Below are positions 37,583 to 48,956 of a stretch of DNA of 64,000 nucleotides, one piece after another. This DNA comes from an uncultured Gammaproteobacteria bacterium (lineage in GTDB: Bacteria > Patescibacteriota > Microgenomatia > Levybacterales > GWA1-39-11): NCBI GenBank assembly GCA_964409875.1, contig CAYPEN010000002.1, positions 1,067 through 65,066 on the forward strand. Direction: 5' to 3'. The notes under the pieces are model-generated. The model had not been told where the DNA came from. It ran no database searches and saw only the letters and a program-made list of their open reading frames with translations. Positions within the stretch are counted from its first letter, which is position 1, and every line of letters starts with the position of its first letter. The translations under genes were made by a program, and so were the position numbers.

Positions 37583-40500
37583 ATGGATATTCTTGAATTA
37601 TTTAAAGAACAACTACTCAAAGACCGCTCTACATCTTCAAAAAGCACATTGAAGAACTATCTCTCTGACGTGCGGCATTTCATCTCCTGGTTTGAAAAAT
37701 CTACACATTCAACTTTTGAGGTGAAAGATATAACACCTGACGTTATTGTTTTGTATGAGCAGTCTTTAGGTGGCCTCATTGAGGATGCAAAACTTAATGT
37801 CGCAACCCAACTCTCCGCTGCCTCCATGAAACGCCATCTTTCTTCCCTCCGCAAATTTTTTGCTCTTCTTGAAAGAGAAGGACACATTTCACACAATCCC
37901 TTTACACAAATTCAACCGGAAGCAAGCGAGGTTCCAACCGACCTTTGGCATCTTAAATCTTTTAAAGACGCACTTCTTCTCCAGAAAGCCTCAAAGATTA
38001 CCGTGAAAAATTATCTCTCGGATATTTCAGGCTTCGCAAAATGGTATGAAGAAACGATATTGCCCGGCCTTGAGAAGCCACTGAGTGCTACGGGTGGTTT
38101 TTATCTTTTGACCCAGGAGATTATTGAAGATTACCGCAAGAGGCTCCTTGAAGTTCAGAATGCCGCCCCAAGAACTGTTAACCGAAAACTATCGGCCCTT
38201 AGGCGCTACCTTAACTTTGTAACGGAGAAAGGGTTTGTAAGTTTAAACGAGCTTAGCATTGATCCGGTAAGAGTCTTTGAAGAGAGAATGACCTCAGTTG
38301 AGAGTCCAAGCGTTGAACTTACTGAACTCCCTGTCGTAACAAAAAAAGAAAAAACCCATTCCAAATTTCCACCCGTACGGTTACTTCAAAAACTTGTTAT
38401 TTTCCCTTATCTTGCTCTTGAGGAGAAGGCCGCAACGTCAATTGCAACTTTCATTTCAGGAAAACCTTTGAATGGTCTTGATAAGCTTCCCCCAAAACTG
38501 GCATCTATTGTTGAAGCAAAGAACGTGCTTCGCGGTAAAACAAATTCAATCAGCAACATTCTAGGTGTACGAAATGTTTCAAAAGAGTTTTATGCGCCGG
38601 ATAAAGTTTCACTTCTGGGAACCCCCCTCTACAAAAGGCTTATTTATCACGCCAAATTTACAAGGCCTAACTGGTACAAAAGATATCACAACTACTCTTT
38701 TGTACACTACGTACACTTTGCCCTCCTTGTGATATTTGCATCGGGCGTCGGTGTTGCCCTCTATCAAAACTTGGTTGCCAAAAAACAAGCGCCAACTTTT
38801 GCTGCAGCGACCGCTCCTCCCAGGATAATTTCCTTTCAAGGAAGGCTTACCGATAACCTCGATAACCCCATAACCTCAACCTCAGCGTTGAGGTTTGCCA
38901 TTTATAATGACGCCTCGGCGTCAGGCGGCGCACTACTCTGGCAGGAGGCTATAACCAATATCACTCCAGACCAAGACGGGATATTTTCAATCCTTCTGGG
39001 GGGTGGTACGCAAATTCCATCTACTGTCTTTACCGATAATTCTCAAATATACCTCGGTGTTACTGTCGGCACTACCTCAGAGCTTTCTCCACGGCAAAGA
39101 ATTGCGAGTGTAGGATATGCAACAAATTCCGAATTTTTGCAGGGTCAGCCTCCGACGACCCAGGCGGGCATTACTTCATTCACAAATGTTATACTTGCTC
39201 TTGACTCTTCAGGGAACCTTACTCTTGCCGATAGTGCAACGACAAATCACACCTTCCAGGTCTCAAACGGCGCATTTAATCTCAAAGGACAAACACTCTA
39301 TCTTACGACCAACTCAGGCTCTGGAGGGAACGTTATTCTTTCTCCTGACGGGTTGGGCAAGATTGATATCCAACGTCCTATTATCAACACTACTACTATG
39401 GGAAACATTGTCCCAGGAGGCGTTGAAGTAAATGATAAGTTTGGTGTTCTTGCTACCGAATCAGCAGTAGCCGCTTTTACCGTTAACAACAACACCTCGG
39501 GTGGAGACATCCTAGCCGCTTCCTCATCTGGCACTACACGCTTTAAGATTGCTAACGACGGGACCCTAACCGATGGCGTGTATAACACCGCCGGCGGAAT
39601 ATTTTACGGTTCAAATACAAACGGAACTTTTGCTCAAACTACTGCCGGCTCCCTAGGACAATGTCTTCAGTCAACCGCAGGTGGGGCTCCTACGTGGAGC
39701 ACGTGCGGAGGCTCTGATTGGAGAACAAATCTTGGAACCCTCTCCCCCAACAACGATACTCTTGACCTTCTCGTTGGCGGAAACACCACAGCGTCTGCTA
39801 AATTTAGATTTGTAAATGTAAATACGGGAACTCCAGTTGCCTCAGTGTCTGCAAATAGCGGCAATAATTCTACTTTTATATCAGGAGATGGAACACTTGG
39901 CACTACTAATCGTGCTACGCTAACTATTGGTAACTCATCAACCTACAATACAACAGGCAACCTCCTCTTTAACCCGAATGGGATTGGAAGAATTGGCATA
40001 GGTACAACTTCTCCGCTAATAGGATTTGATCTTCGTGGAAATTCAGGCACTACTGCAGCAGCCTCAATATCTGCAAATACTTCATTTGCTACGCTTTTGG
40101 TTGACAACTCAGGCTCAGGAGATCTCATTGCGGCAAGCGCTTCAGGTGTACCGAATTTTGTTGTAAAAAATAATGGTGATGTGATTATTGGTCAAGGTGG
40201 CGCAGGAAAATTAACCGCAAGTGTCATCGACCCTTACCTTGTCCAAAATCAGAAAACAACAGGCACTCAAAGTCTTACATTTCAGACAATGGGGGCTACG
40301 AACGCTGACTTTATATTTAAAAACACTTCCACAACCCTATCAACTCTCACTCAAGCAGGACAATTGCAATTGCCGGTTACGGGTTCTACGGGCGGTATAG
40401 TTATCGGCGGAGATACGCAAATATTCAGGGGCGCTGCTGATAGACTGGATGTTGCATCAGGAGACTCATTTAATGTCGTGAATGGAAATCTTCAAATTGG

Positions 40501-43500
40501 TGGCACGACAGTTATTGATTCATCCCGAAACGGTACCTTCCAAACACTTAATATTACAGGTGGCTGTACCGGATGTACTGTTGGCGCACCATCGCCTTTC
40601 CAAGCTCTTAGCGGTGCAATTGTTCCACTCAATGGAACCCTTGATTTATTAGTGGGTTCACAAGCAACAACCAGTGCTAAATTCTCTGTTCTTAATATAT
40701 CAAATGGTACTCCTACTGCATCAGTTTCGGCGACATCAACCGGAGCTGGACTTTCAATTGCAGGAGATGGAACACTTCAAGGAACACTGAATAACAATAT
40801 TGTTATCGGAGGAAATACAACCGGAGCTATTCAGTTCAAACCAAACAACAGTTCTGTCAGTATGTTCTTAAGCGGAGCAAATGTTGCGATAGGCAATCAA
40901 ACCCCACAGGCCTCTCTTGATGTTTCTCAAAATTCTCACTTGTCAGCAGCGGTTGATAAAATAATTTTCGGCTCAATAGGCAATACCATTGGCGTCCTTG
41001 GATATGACGGCGCTGCAAATGATGAAATACGAATAGGCGCCCAAAGCAACAAGGGACTTGAGCTCTTGACCAACAACACAACACAAGCATACATTACAAA
41101 TACCGGCAACTTTGGCATTGGTTCCACTTCCCCCACGGCAAAACTTGATGTAAATGGAACTGCTTCGGTTTCCGGTGCATTTAAGATATATGGCACCCCT
41201 ACCATCCAGTCTACTTCGAATCAAACACTAACCCTTGGGGGCGACACAACGGGAGATATTCAGTTAAAACCTGGAAATGCGACGAACCCAACTGTGTATT
41301 TTGCAACAGGAGGAAATGTTGGAATAAATATATCAACTCCAACCAACCTACTTACCATTAACCAAGGCTCTAATACGACAACCAATACTATTGCATCTTA
41401 TGGCTTTAATCTATTTAATCAAGGAGTTACTAATTTCACGATTGGTTCTGATGCAAGTTATGCGTACCTTCAAAGCTGGGCAAGCAAGCCACTCCAAATT
41501 AACAACCAAGGAAATAATGTGTTACTTAATATAAATACAGGGTTGGTAGGAATAGGTACTACCGCACCGGTAGCAAAATTACAAATAAATGGCGGAAATG
41601 AGGGTGGCAATTCTGCATTCATTGTAAATCAAACCGGAGTATCCACAAACGACATTTTTGCAGCTTCTGCCTCCGGCACCACTAAATTTACAATCAAAAA
41701 CGATGGGACTGCTTCTTCATCAGCAGGCTTTACAATTAATGGAACCGGTGCACTTCAGAGCACAAAGAATCAAACACTAACCATTGGCGGCAATAGTACC
41801 GGTGCAATAGTACTCTCCCCTAACAATGGTGCTGGGACGCTACAGTTTACCAATTTCACAACAAATGGGGGTATTTTGTATACAAATACTGCTGGTGTAT
41901 TATCACAGACTGCAGGCGGCACAGGAACTCAGTGCTTATTGGGCAATTTGAGCTGGGGTTCCTGCGGAACGGGTACAACAAGCACACCCTTTTATGAATC
42001 ATTAGGCGCTATTGTTCCATTCCAAGGGAGTGAGGATTTTCTTATCGGTGCACAGGCAACAACAAGCGCAAAATTTGCAGTTCTTAATGTAAATAACGGC
42101 ACTCCTACCGCTTCTGTTTCATCAGGCCTTAATGGAACGAGTGCATATTTTGACGCCAATGGCAACTTCAGAACGGCAAATAAGATGTCTCTTACGCTGG
42201 GGGGCGGAAATACAGGAAATATTACTATCCAAGGTAACAACACGCTCTATCTTATTGACCAGGCAATAAACTTGAGCGCTATCAACCCGACGCTTAGTGC
42301 TAACGGCTCTAGCACTTTAACGCTTAACAATAATTCAACTGGGAACATTCAGTTCTTCTCATCCTCAAACACCCTGACGAATGCCGGAGCTCTTACTATT
42401 GCTGGAAGCGCGACAATTAACGGTGGGACTGTTCAGCTTGCAAACGGTGCCCAGGGAACAATTCAAACCGCTTCAAACGCCGATATAGTAATAACAGCCG
42501 GCTCGGGAACCATCAATTTGAACACAGTCAGTAACGGACCTGTTTTGACCGGCTCCGGGCTCACTACTCTGGGAGGCGGACTAACGGTAAATGGTGCTAC
42601 AACCACCTTTGGGAATGCTGCCCCACTCATAACAACTGGCACCAACACCGATTTGACCATTACCCCCAACGGAACCGGCAACCTTATTATTACTTCTGAC
42701 TTCAATACCGGGGTAAGAATTGGCTCATCATCAAACACCCCTGCACTTCTTAGTGTGAGCGGTGGCATTGGCTCAAATGCCGGGTTTATTTTGAACCGTG
42801 TCGGTGCAACTGATGATATCTTCGCTGCTTCATCATCCGGCACTACAAAATTTGTTATCAAAAATGACGGGACAGCATCGACTTCAGGAAACCTAGTACT
42901 TGACGGCACTGGCAGCCTACAAACAACCAAAAACCAGACGCTTACTATCGGCGGAACTAGCACAGGAAATATTGTTCTTTCACCAAATAACGGGTCTGGA
43001 AACATACGGTTCTCAAACTTCAGCACTAATAATGGTCTACTCTACACTAACGGAAGCGGAGTTCTCTCTCAGACAGGAGCCGGTGGTGCACTTCAATGTC
43101 TTTTAGGGGACCTTACGTGGGGTTCCTGCGGCACCGGAACCAGTCGTACCCCCTTTCAGGAGTTGTTAGGCGCAGTAGTTCAAAACAATACTACGGAAGA
43201 CTTCCTTGCAGGAGGACAGGCATCAACATCCGCAGTACTCAAAGTCACTGGACAAGGCAATCCCTTTGCCGGAACCTTAGTAGGTGCATCTATATCAGCA
43301 AATACCTCGTTTGCCGGATTTCTTGCAGATAACAAAGGCGTTGGTGATTTATTTACTGCCTCCTCCTCCGGAGTTACACAATTTGTTATCCGAAACAATG
43401 GAGCTGTCGGGATTGGAACAAATGTTCCAGGAGCAATGCTTGATGTTAACGGGAATCTTCTGTTGGGTGCAAATTCCACAATTGATGCACGCGCATCAGG

Positions 43501-46500
43501 AACGATAACTATTGGAAATGGAACAAATACGACAGGTTTAACGCTTGGGAAAGCAGGTACAACGACGACTTTTAATGCTACGTCATGGACGGCTACTCCA
43601 ACTATCTCAGGTTTAGTTACCGGCACTCTCGGTTTTTCTGTTGCAGCTGGCCAATCGTATACTGGAGCAGGAGCTGTTACACTTTCTTCTGCTTCAAATA
43701 ATGACCTTACTGTTACCGCTCAAGGGTCCGGAAACACTATTATCACAAGCGATTTTGACACAGGAGTTCGGATTGGGGCATCCACAAATACACCGGCTGC
43801 TCTTTCGGTATCAGGAGGCATCGGATCTAACGCTGGATTTATCCTAAATAGAGTTGGGACAACTGATGATATTTTTGCGGCTAGTTCAGCAGGCACAACA
43901 AAATTTGTTATCAAAAACGATGGGACTGCTTCTTCATCAGCAGGATTTACTATAAATGGAGCCGGTAACATCCAGTCAACCAGAAATCAAACCCTTACCC
44001 TTGGCGGGAACTCAACAGGCACAATTCTGCTTCAACCCAACAATGGCTCGGGAAATGTTGGGATAAATAATTCAAATCCTTTCTCAGCGTTATCTGTTGA
44101 TGGTAATATTGAACTTGGCACAGGAGTTACAACAAGACAACTTACCGCATATAATTCTACTCGCACCAACCACGGCACCCTCGAATTATATAATTTAGCA
44201 ACCGGCAGCCTCACCCTCTCAACTGATTTTTCAACAGGAAATATAGTGCTCACACCGGGAGCATCGGGAAGCATTCAAATGACCAATTTCACCTCAAACG
44301 GTGGGCTACTCTACACAAATGGCTCGGGAGTCCTTTCCCAAGTGACAGCAGGTTCTACCTCCCAGTGTCTTTTTGGAGGCACAACACCTTCATTTAATAA
44401 CTGCGCGGCCGGATTTGGCTCTCCGTTCCGTGAATTCAGCGGAGCAATTGTACAACTTAACACAACCGAGGATTTTCTAGCCGGTGGCCAAGCATCAACC
44501 TCAGCAACATTCAAAGTTACCGGCCAGGGAAATCCTTTTGCAGGAACATTGGTTGGTGCCTCAATATCGGCAAACACTTCATTTGCAGGATTTGTGGTAG
44601 ACAACAAAGGCGTGGGTGATATATTTACTGCTTCCTCATCCGGAGTTCCACAGTTTGTGATAAAAAATAATGGAAATGTCGGAATCGGACTTGGAACGGG
44701 TACGGCAGGCATTCCTACTGCCAAGCTTGACGTGAACGGTACAGCTTCTATTTCTTCTGCACTTACATTCAGAACAGGAACTGGAAGTATCCAGACAACG
44801 GCAAACAACACGCTGACACTAGGTGGAGGGACAACTGGAAACCTAATCGTGGGCCGTACATCTCAAGTAATTACACTCCCCGGCTTTGACTGTTCAGCCC
44901 AGACAAATGGAGGGAAATTAACAACAACTACAGGAGGAATTCTGGCTTGTTCTGCTGATACATCAGGGGTATCCGGATTCGCCTCTCCATTCAGAGAATC
45001 AAGCAACCCAGCAGGTTCAATTTTTGCTCTCAACTCAACCGAGGATATCCTTCTCGGCGGGCCGTCATCAACTTCGGCGGCACTCCGAATAATCGGCCAG
45101 GAAAATCCCTTTAAAGGAACTCTTGCTGCTGCAACAATAAGCGCCAATACCTCGTTTGCAGGATTTGTGGTAGATAACAAAGGCGTTGGAGACCTATTCA
45201 CAGCTTCTTCTTCGGGTGTGACTCAGTTCCAAATTAAAAATGGCGGGGCTGTTGGAATTGGCGCCATTGCCGCAAATAGGCCAACTGCCATGCTTGATGT
45301 AGTAGGCACTGCTTCTATATCGTCGCAACTAGCTTTTAGGACAGGTGCTGGCAGTATCCAGACAACCGCTATGAACCCACTTACCATTGGGGGCTCAACA
45401 ACCGGAAATGTATCTATAAAATCCTCTAATACTACTGTCTTTCAAGCTCCGGGTACTGCAAACATATTCGTTGGAGCAGATGCAGGCCGCATAAATTCAA
45501 GCGGATCTCATAATTCTTTCTTTGGATATCAAACCGGATATAATAACACTACCGGAAGCTTCAATTTCTTCTTAGGAGATTCTGCAGGATTTGCTAACAT
45601 AGGGGGATCCAATAATTCATTTATTGGCCTTCAGGCAGGAGTTGCAAACCAATCTGGCGGCAATAACTTGTTTTTAGGAAATTCGTCAGGAGCAACAAAT
45701 ATTTCTGGTAGCTCTAATACATTTGTCGGAGAAAGTTCAGGGTTTTCTAATACCGCAAGCTTCAATACATTTATAGGTAACAGTGCAGGCTATTCTAACG
45801 GAGCCGGTACAGGAAATGTATTTATTGGCTATCTAGCAGGAGATACTTCAAATAATGCTAACGCTAACCTTACAGGAAATAATAATACATTTATTGGTTA
45901 CCAGTCAGGCCCGGCTACTACAACGCAACTTACAAATGCGACAGCGTTAGGCTATCAAGCACTTGTTTCCTCCTCTAATTCTCTCATTTTGGGTGGCACA
46001 GGTGCAAATGCAGTTAAGGCAGGAATTGGAACACAATCACCCACAGGTGTTCTTGATATTCAGGGGGGATTTATGGGTGGGAATGCTGCTCTAATTATCA
46101 ATCAAACAGGTTCATCAAATAATAATATCCTTACAGCATCATCGTCTGGCATCACAAAATTTGTAGTTGGCAATGATGGTCAAGTACTATTCGGCAACGC
46201 AGCAGCAGACCCGAGTACGGCGCTTGGAGCCGGCTCAGTCTACTATAACTCAGGGAGCCAGGCCTTGAAATTCTACAACGGCTCAACTTGGTCAACTATC
46301 GGTTCAGGCAACTCATCGAGCCCCTTCAAAGAAGCGTTGGGAGCAATACTGCAAAATCAACCGACCGAAGACTTTTTGCTGGGCGGAAATGCAACCTCAT
46401 CCGCAGACTTTGCGGTACTTAACCTTAATTCAGGCACACCCACCGCATCGGTCTCAGCTACCGCTACGGGCAAAGGACTTTCGCTCGCCGGGGACGGAAC

Positions 46501-48760
46501 TATTCAGGCCCTGCGGTACAACACCCTTACTATCGGAGGAAATACCACCGGCGATATTGCATTTACACCTGGCAATATTACTGCCAAAAACGGTCTTTAT
46601 CTCTCCTCAAACGGAAATGTCAGCATCGGTAACATTAATGCACCACAGAATACGCTATTACCTAATCCTAAATTCCAAATATTTGGTTCCATTGGCCACG
46701 CACCCGTTGCTTCAATTTCTGCTCAACCAACTGCAGTTGCGCCTACTTTGCTTCTAACAGTAGACGGAACCAACGACGTTTTTGTAGCAAGTAAATCCGG
46801 TCAACCTATATTTAGAATTGATAGTTCCGGTGCAGTTCATGCTGGAGGAAATTACTCCAATGATTATGGGGCTGACGTTGCCGAGTATTACCGAAAAGCT
46901 AACCCTAACGAACAATTCCAACCTGGCCAATTAGTGTGTCTTACCGGTACAGACGTAACTAAATGTTCCAGTAACAACCCGCAGCAAAAAATCGTAGGGG
47001 TAATTTCTGACCGGGCAATGCTTGTCGGATTTGGAAAATACAGCAACGACCCTAATTATGTGCTTGTAGGTATGGTTGGTCAACTTGGGGTATGGACCAC
47101 CGGTGACATAAAAGCAGGTGACCCCCTAACACTCTCCACGACACCGGGCGTTGCCACCATTGCAAAAGGCGAAGGGAACATAATTGGTTATGCCCGCGAG
47201 GATAACAACAACCAGTTGAAGAGAATAGAATCTGTAATTCAACCCAACTATTTCAATCCGAATACTGCTCTTCAAACTGACAACGTATTCAATTCATTGA
47301 CGCTTAGTATACAAAATGGCGTTTATAATGTTTTTGATGCATTTGGGAATAGTATAAATCACATTGATGCATTCTCAAAAGCACTCATCGGCAACCTGAC
47401 TGCAGGATTTGCCAGCATTCAAACCCTAGTTGTAAATACATTTACTGCCACTACTTCGTCTCTTGGGAATGCAACTGCTTCTACATTCGCCGTTGCTGCC
47501 AACACTATAACGATAGGAGGACAGGATATCCGGCAATTTATAATTGATACCGTCAGAAATGCCGGGTTTGGACAAAATACACTTACCACCCCGTTGGCCA
47601 CTGGAGCTATAGAAACCAACGTTATTTCCCCCCTTGCTGACAACAGCACGGTTCAATTGAATGTGAACAAGGATAATGTTGAGGTTAAAAATACAGATAC
47701 CGGTAAAACAGTAGCCTGGTTCAATAATCAAGGAAATGCAACCCTTAGCGGACAGTTAACATCAGAAGGCGTACAAACAACCAATGCCACAGTTTCTGGA
47801 ACGCTCGCAGCCAACTCCATAACTACTACAGATGCATCAGTATCAGGTACGATAACAGCCAATACGATAGTAGCCACTAACATTTCAGGGCTTGACCAAA
47901 AACTTGCTACTCTTGCAGCTGCCCTTCAAAACAACAATTCAGCCTCGAATTCAAGTCAAGTTAACAACAATTATCTTGCATCTGACACTATACATGCCAA
48001 CTTCGGCATTTTTGAGCAAGGAATAACCTCAATGGGTCCTGTCACCTCAAATATCATAACAGCGACAGACCAACTTGCCGTAGGCAATAGCTTTACAATC
48101 ACCAACAACTCTATCAATACGGTAGGAGCGGATTTGCAAATCCAGTCTTTGAGGCAAGGCAATATCGCATTTGAGGGAGGGCTCATTAAAATGGATACTG
48201 ACGGAAATATGTTGGTGAGCGGCAATTTGAATCTGCTGGGAGAGATCGACGCCGTCCATGGCGTATTCTCAGGAACGCTCACCGCACCAGCTTTAGCAAC
48301 CGGCCTTATTTCTCCTCTTCCCGGAGATGATTTGGACATAAAGCTATCAGATTCGGCATCAACCTCAGGACGGCTTAAAATTGTAAATCAGCAAAATCAA
48401 GAGGTTCTCTCAATTAATAGCCATGGGGATCTTAATGCCTCAGGAAGCGGAACTTTTGCAAAGCTGAATTTCAATCTGGTCGGCAAAGCCGAAGCAACTT
48501 CCTTGACCGAGGCGGTTGCAACGGGAAGTGCCGGATTTGCAACGTTAAGACAAGGACAAGTGGAGCTTACTATCAAAAACCCAATCATCACCTCAAAATC
48601 GCTCATTTATATAACGCCATATGGCGATACCAACAACAAAGTCATCTATCTTTTGAGACAGGTTCCTCAATCTGAGGTTGATGACGGCTCATTCACTGTC
48701 GGCATTTCAGGTACTCCCGCCCCTGCCGACATCCAGTTCAACTGGCTCATCGTTAATTAG
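37583..48760 (+). CDS. giant membrane protein (3725 aa): two N-terminal integrase-type SAM-like domains, one TM, long beta-helix/tail-fibre-like repeat ectodomain
   Basis: Single uninterrupted ORF. TM segment near aa 375 (YSFVHYVHFALLVIFASGVGVALY). Repeat units of about 350 aa (…NGSGVLSQT…QCLLG…WGSCG…). C-terminal tail-fibre-like F-x-G repeats. Confidence 0.85.
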   Translation: MDILELFKEQLLKDRSTSSKSTLKNYLSDVRHFISWFEKSTHSTFEVKDITPDVIVLYEQSLGGLIEDAKLNVATQLSAASMKRHLSSLRKFFALLEREGHISHNPFTQIQPEASEVPTDLWHLKSFKDALLLQKASKITVKNYLSDISGFAKWYEETILPGLEKPLSATGGFYLLTQEIIEDYRKRLLEVQNAAPRTVNRKLSALRRYLNFVTEKGFVSLNELSIDPVRVFEERMTSVESPSVELTELPVVTKKEKTHSKFPPVRLLQKLVIFPYLALEEKAATSIATFISGKPLNGLDKLPPKLASIVEAKNVLRGKTNSISNILGVRNVSKEFYAPDKVSLLGTPLYKRLIYHAKFTRPNWYKRYHNYSFVHYVHFALLVIFASGVGVALYQNLVAKKQAPTFAAATAPPRIISFQGRLTDNLDNPITSTSALRFAIYNDASASGGALLWQEAITNITPDQDGIFSILLGGGTQIPSTVFTDNSQIYLGVTVGTTSELSPRQRIASVGYATNSEFLQGQPPTTQAGITSFTNVILALDSSGNLTLADSATTNHTFQVSNGAFNLKGQTLYLTTNSGSGGNVILSPDGLGKIDIQRPIINTTTMGNIVPGGVEVNDKFGVLATESAVAAFTVNNNTSGGDILAASSSGTTRFKIANDGTLTDGVYNTAGGIFYGSNTNGTFAQTTAGSLGQCLQSTAGGAPTWSTCGGSDWRTNLGTLSPNNDTLDLLVGGNTTASAKFRFVNVNTGTPVASVSANSGNNSTFISGDGTLGTTNRATLTIGNSSTYNTTGNLLFNPNGIGRIGIGTTSPLIGFDLRGNSGTTAAASISANTSFATLLVDNSGSGDLIAASASGVPNFVVKNNGDVIIGQGGAGKLTASVIDPYLVQNQKTTGTQSLTFQTMGATNADFIFKNTSTTLSTLTQAGQLQLPVTGSTGGIVIGGDTQIFRGAADRLDVASGDSFNVVNGNLQIGGTTVIDSSRNGTFQTLNITGGCTGCTVGAPSPFQALSGAIVPLNGTLDLLVGSQATTSAKFSVLNISNGTPTASVSATSTGAGLSIAGDGTLQGTLNNNIVIGGNTTGAIQFKPNNSSVSMFLSGANVAIGNQTPQASLDVSQNSHLSAAVDKIIFGSIGNTIGVLGYDGAANDEIRIGAQSNKGLELLTNNTTQAYITNTGNFGIGSTSPTAKLDVNGTASVSGAFKIYGTPTIQSTSNQTLTLGGDTTGDIQLKPGNATNPTVYFATGGNVGINISTPTNLLTINQGSNTTTNTIASYGFNLFNQGVTNFTIGSDASYAYLQSWASKPLQINNQGNNVLLNINTGLVGIGTTAPVAKLQINGGNEGGNSAFIVNQTGVSTNDIFAASASGTTKFTIKNDGTASSSAGFTINGTGALQSTKNQTLTIGGNSTGAIVLSPNNGAGTLQFTNFTTNGGILYTNTAGVLSQTAGGTGTQCLLGNLSWGSCGTGTTSTPFYESLGAIVPFQGSEDFLIGAQATTSAKFAVLNVNNGTPTASVSSGLNGTSAYFDANGNFRTANKMSLTLGGGNTGNITIQGNNTLYLIDQAINLSAINPTLSANGSSTLTLNNNSTGNIQFFSSSNTLTNAGALTIAGSATINGGTVQLANGAQGTIQTASNADIVITAGSGTINLNTVSNGPVLTGSGLTTLGGGLTVNGATTTFGNAAPLITTGTNTDLTITPNGTGNLIITSDFNTGVRIGSSSNTPALLSVSGGIGSNAGFILNRVGATDDIFAASSSGTTKFVIKNDGTASTSGNLVLDGTGSLQTTKNQTLTIGGTSTGNIVLSPNNGSGNIRFSNFSTNNGLLYTNGSGVLSQTGAGGALQCLLGDLTWGSCGTGTSRTPFQELLGAVVQNNTTEDFLAGGQASTSAVLKVTGQGNPFAGTLVGASISANTSFAGFLADNKGVGDLFTASSSGVTQFVIRNNGAVGIGTNVPGAMLDVNGNLLLGANSTIDARASGTITIGNGTNTTGLTLGKAGTTTTFNATSWTATPTISGLVTGTLGFSVAAGQSYTGAGAVTLSSASNNDLTVTAQGSGNTIITSDFDTGVRIGASTNTPAALSVSGGIGSNAGFILNRVGTTDDIFAASSAGTTKFVIKNDGTASSSAGFTINGAGNIQSTRNQTLTLGGNSTGTILLQPNNGSGNVGINNSNPFSALSVDGNIELGTGVTTRQLTAYNSTRTNHGTLELYNLATGSLTLSTDFSTGNIVLTPGASGSIQMTNFTSNGGLLYTNGSGVLSQVTAGSTSQCLFGGTTPSFNNCAAGFGSPFREFSGAIVQLNTTEDFLAGGQASTSATFKVTGQGNPFAGTLVGASISANTSFAGFVVDNKGVGDIFTASSSGVPQFVIKNNGNVGIGLGTGTAGIPTAKLDVNGTASISSALTFRTGTGSIQTTANNTLTLGGGTTGNLIVGRTSQVITLPGFDCSAQTNGGKLTTTTGGILACSADTSGVSGFASPFRESSNPAGSIFALNSTEDILLGGPSSTSAALRIIGQENPFKGTLAAATISANTSFAGFVVDNKGVGDLFTASSSGVTQFQIKNGGAVGIGAIAANRPTAMLDVVGTASISSQLAFRTGAGSIQTTAMNPLTIGGSTTGNVSIKSSNTTVFQAPGTANIFVGADAGRINSSGSHNSFFGYQTGYNNTTGSFNFFLGDSAGFANIGGSNNSFIGLQAGVANQSGGNNLFLGNSSGATNISGSSNTFVGESSGFSNTASFNTFIGNSAGYSNGAGTGNVFIGYLAGDTSNNANANLTGNNNTFIGYQSGPATTTQLTNATALGYQALVSSSNSLILGGTGANAVKAGIGTQSPTGVLDIQGGFMGGNAALIINQTGSSNNNILTASSSGITKFVVGNDGQVLFGNAAADPSTALGAGSVYYNSGSQALKFYNGSTWSTIGSGNSSSPFKEALGAILQNQPTEDFLLGGNATSSADFAVLNLNSGTPTASVSATATGKGLSLAGDGTIQALRYNTLTIGGNTTGDIAFTPGNITAKNGLYLSSNGNVSIGNINAPQNTLLPNPKFQIFGSIGHAPVASISAQPTAVAPTLLLTVDGTNDVFVASKSGQPIFRIDSSGAVHAGGNYSNDYGADVAEYYRKANPNEQFQPGQLVCLTGTDVTKCSSNNPQQKIVGVISDRAMLVGFGKYSNDPNYVLVGMVGQLGVWTTGDIKAGDPLTLSTTPGVATIAKGEGNIIGYAREDNNNQLKRIESVIQPNYFNPNTALQTDNVFNSLTLSIQNGVYNVFDAFGNSINHIDAFSKALIGNLTAGFASIQTLVVNTFTATTSSLGNATASTFAVAANTITIGGQDIRQFIIDTVRNAGFGQNTLTTPLATGAIETNVISPLADNSTVQLNVNKDNVEVKNTDTGKTVAWFNNQGNATLSGQLTSEGVQTTNATVSGTLAANSITTTDASVSGTITANTIVATNISGLDQKLATLAAALQNNNSASNSSQVNNNYLASDTIHANFGIFEQGITSMGPVTSNIITATDQLAVGNSFTITNNSINTVGADLQIQSLRQGNIAFEGGLIKMDTDGNMLVSGNLNLLGEIDAVHGVFSGTLTAPALATGLISPLPGDDLDIKLSDSASTSGRLKIVNQQNQEVLSINSHGDLNASGSGTFAKLNFNLVGKAEATSLTEAVATGSAGFATLRQGQVELTIKNPIITSKSLIYITPYGDTNNKVIYLLRQVPQSEVDDGSFTVGISGTPAPADIQFNWLIVN

Positions 48761-48767
48761 TTCCAAA

Positions 48768-48845
48768 CTAATTAACGATATAGGTAGATTCATTAAAGTT
48801 TGGTTTTTATAAAAAACCAAACTGATTCTTAATTAGATGCTAGCT
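48768..48845. repeat. Terminator-containing 3' module copy 1 (hairpin aagtttggttttt-ataaaaaaccaaact)
   Basis: Direct repeat of 48957-49033. Contains a rho-independent terminator-like hairpin followed by a T-tract. Confidence 0.6.
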
Positions 48846-48956
48846 ATATTGTGAATAGAATGAAATCAATGGGCTATATGACTTCTTACCTTAAAGTTAA
48901 TTTTCTTAAGAAAGTTAACTGCTACTAATGAAGGAAGTCATATTGTGAACCTGGAA

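Noticed and set aside
37657-48606. Many 60-190-aa antisense and alternate-frame ORFs inside the giant gene and inside the 978/1108-aa genes
   Set aside because: They are embedded in a continuous 11-kb coding frame with strong repeat structure. Their low-complexity P/V/A-rich translations are frame-shadow artefacts.
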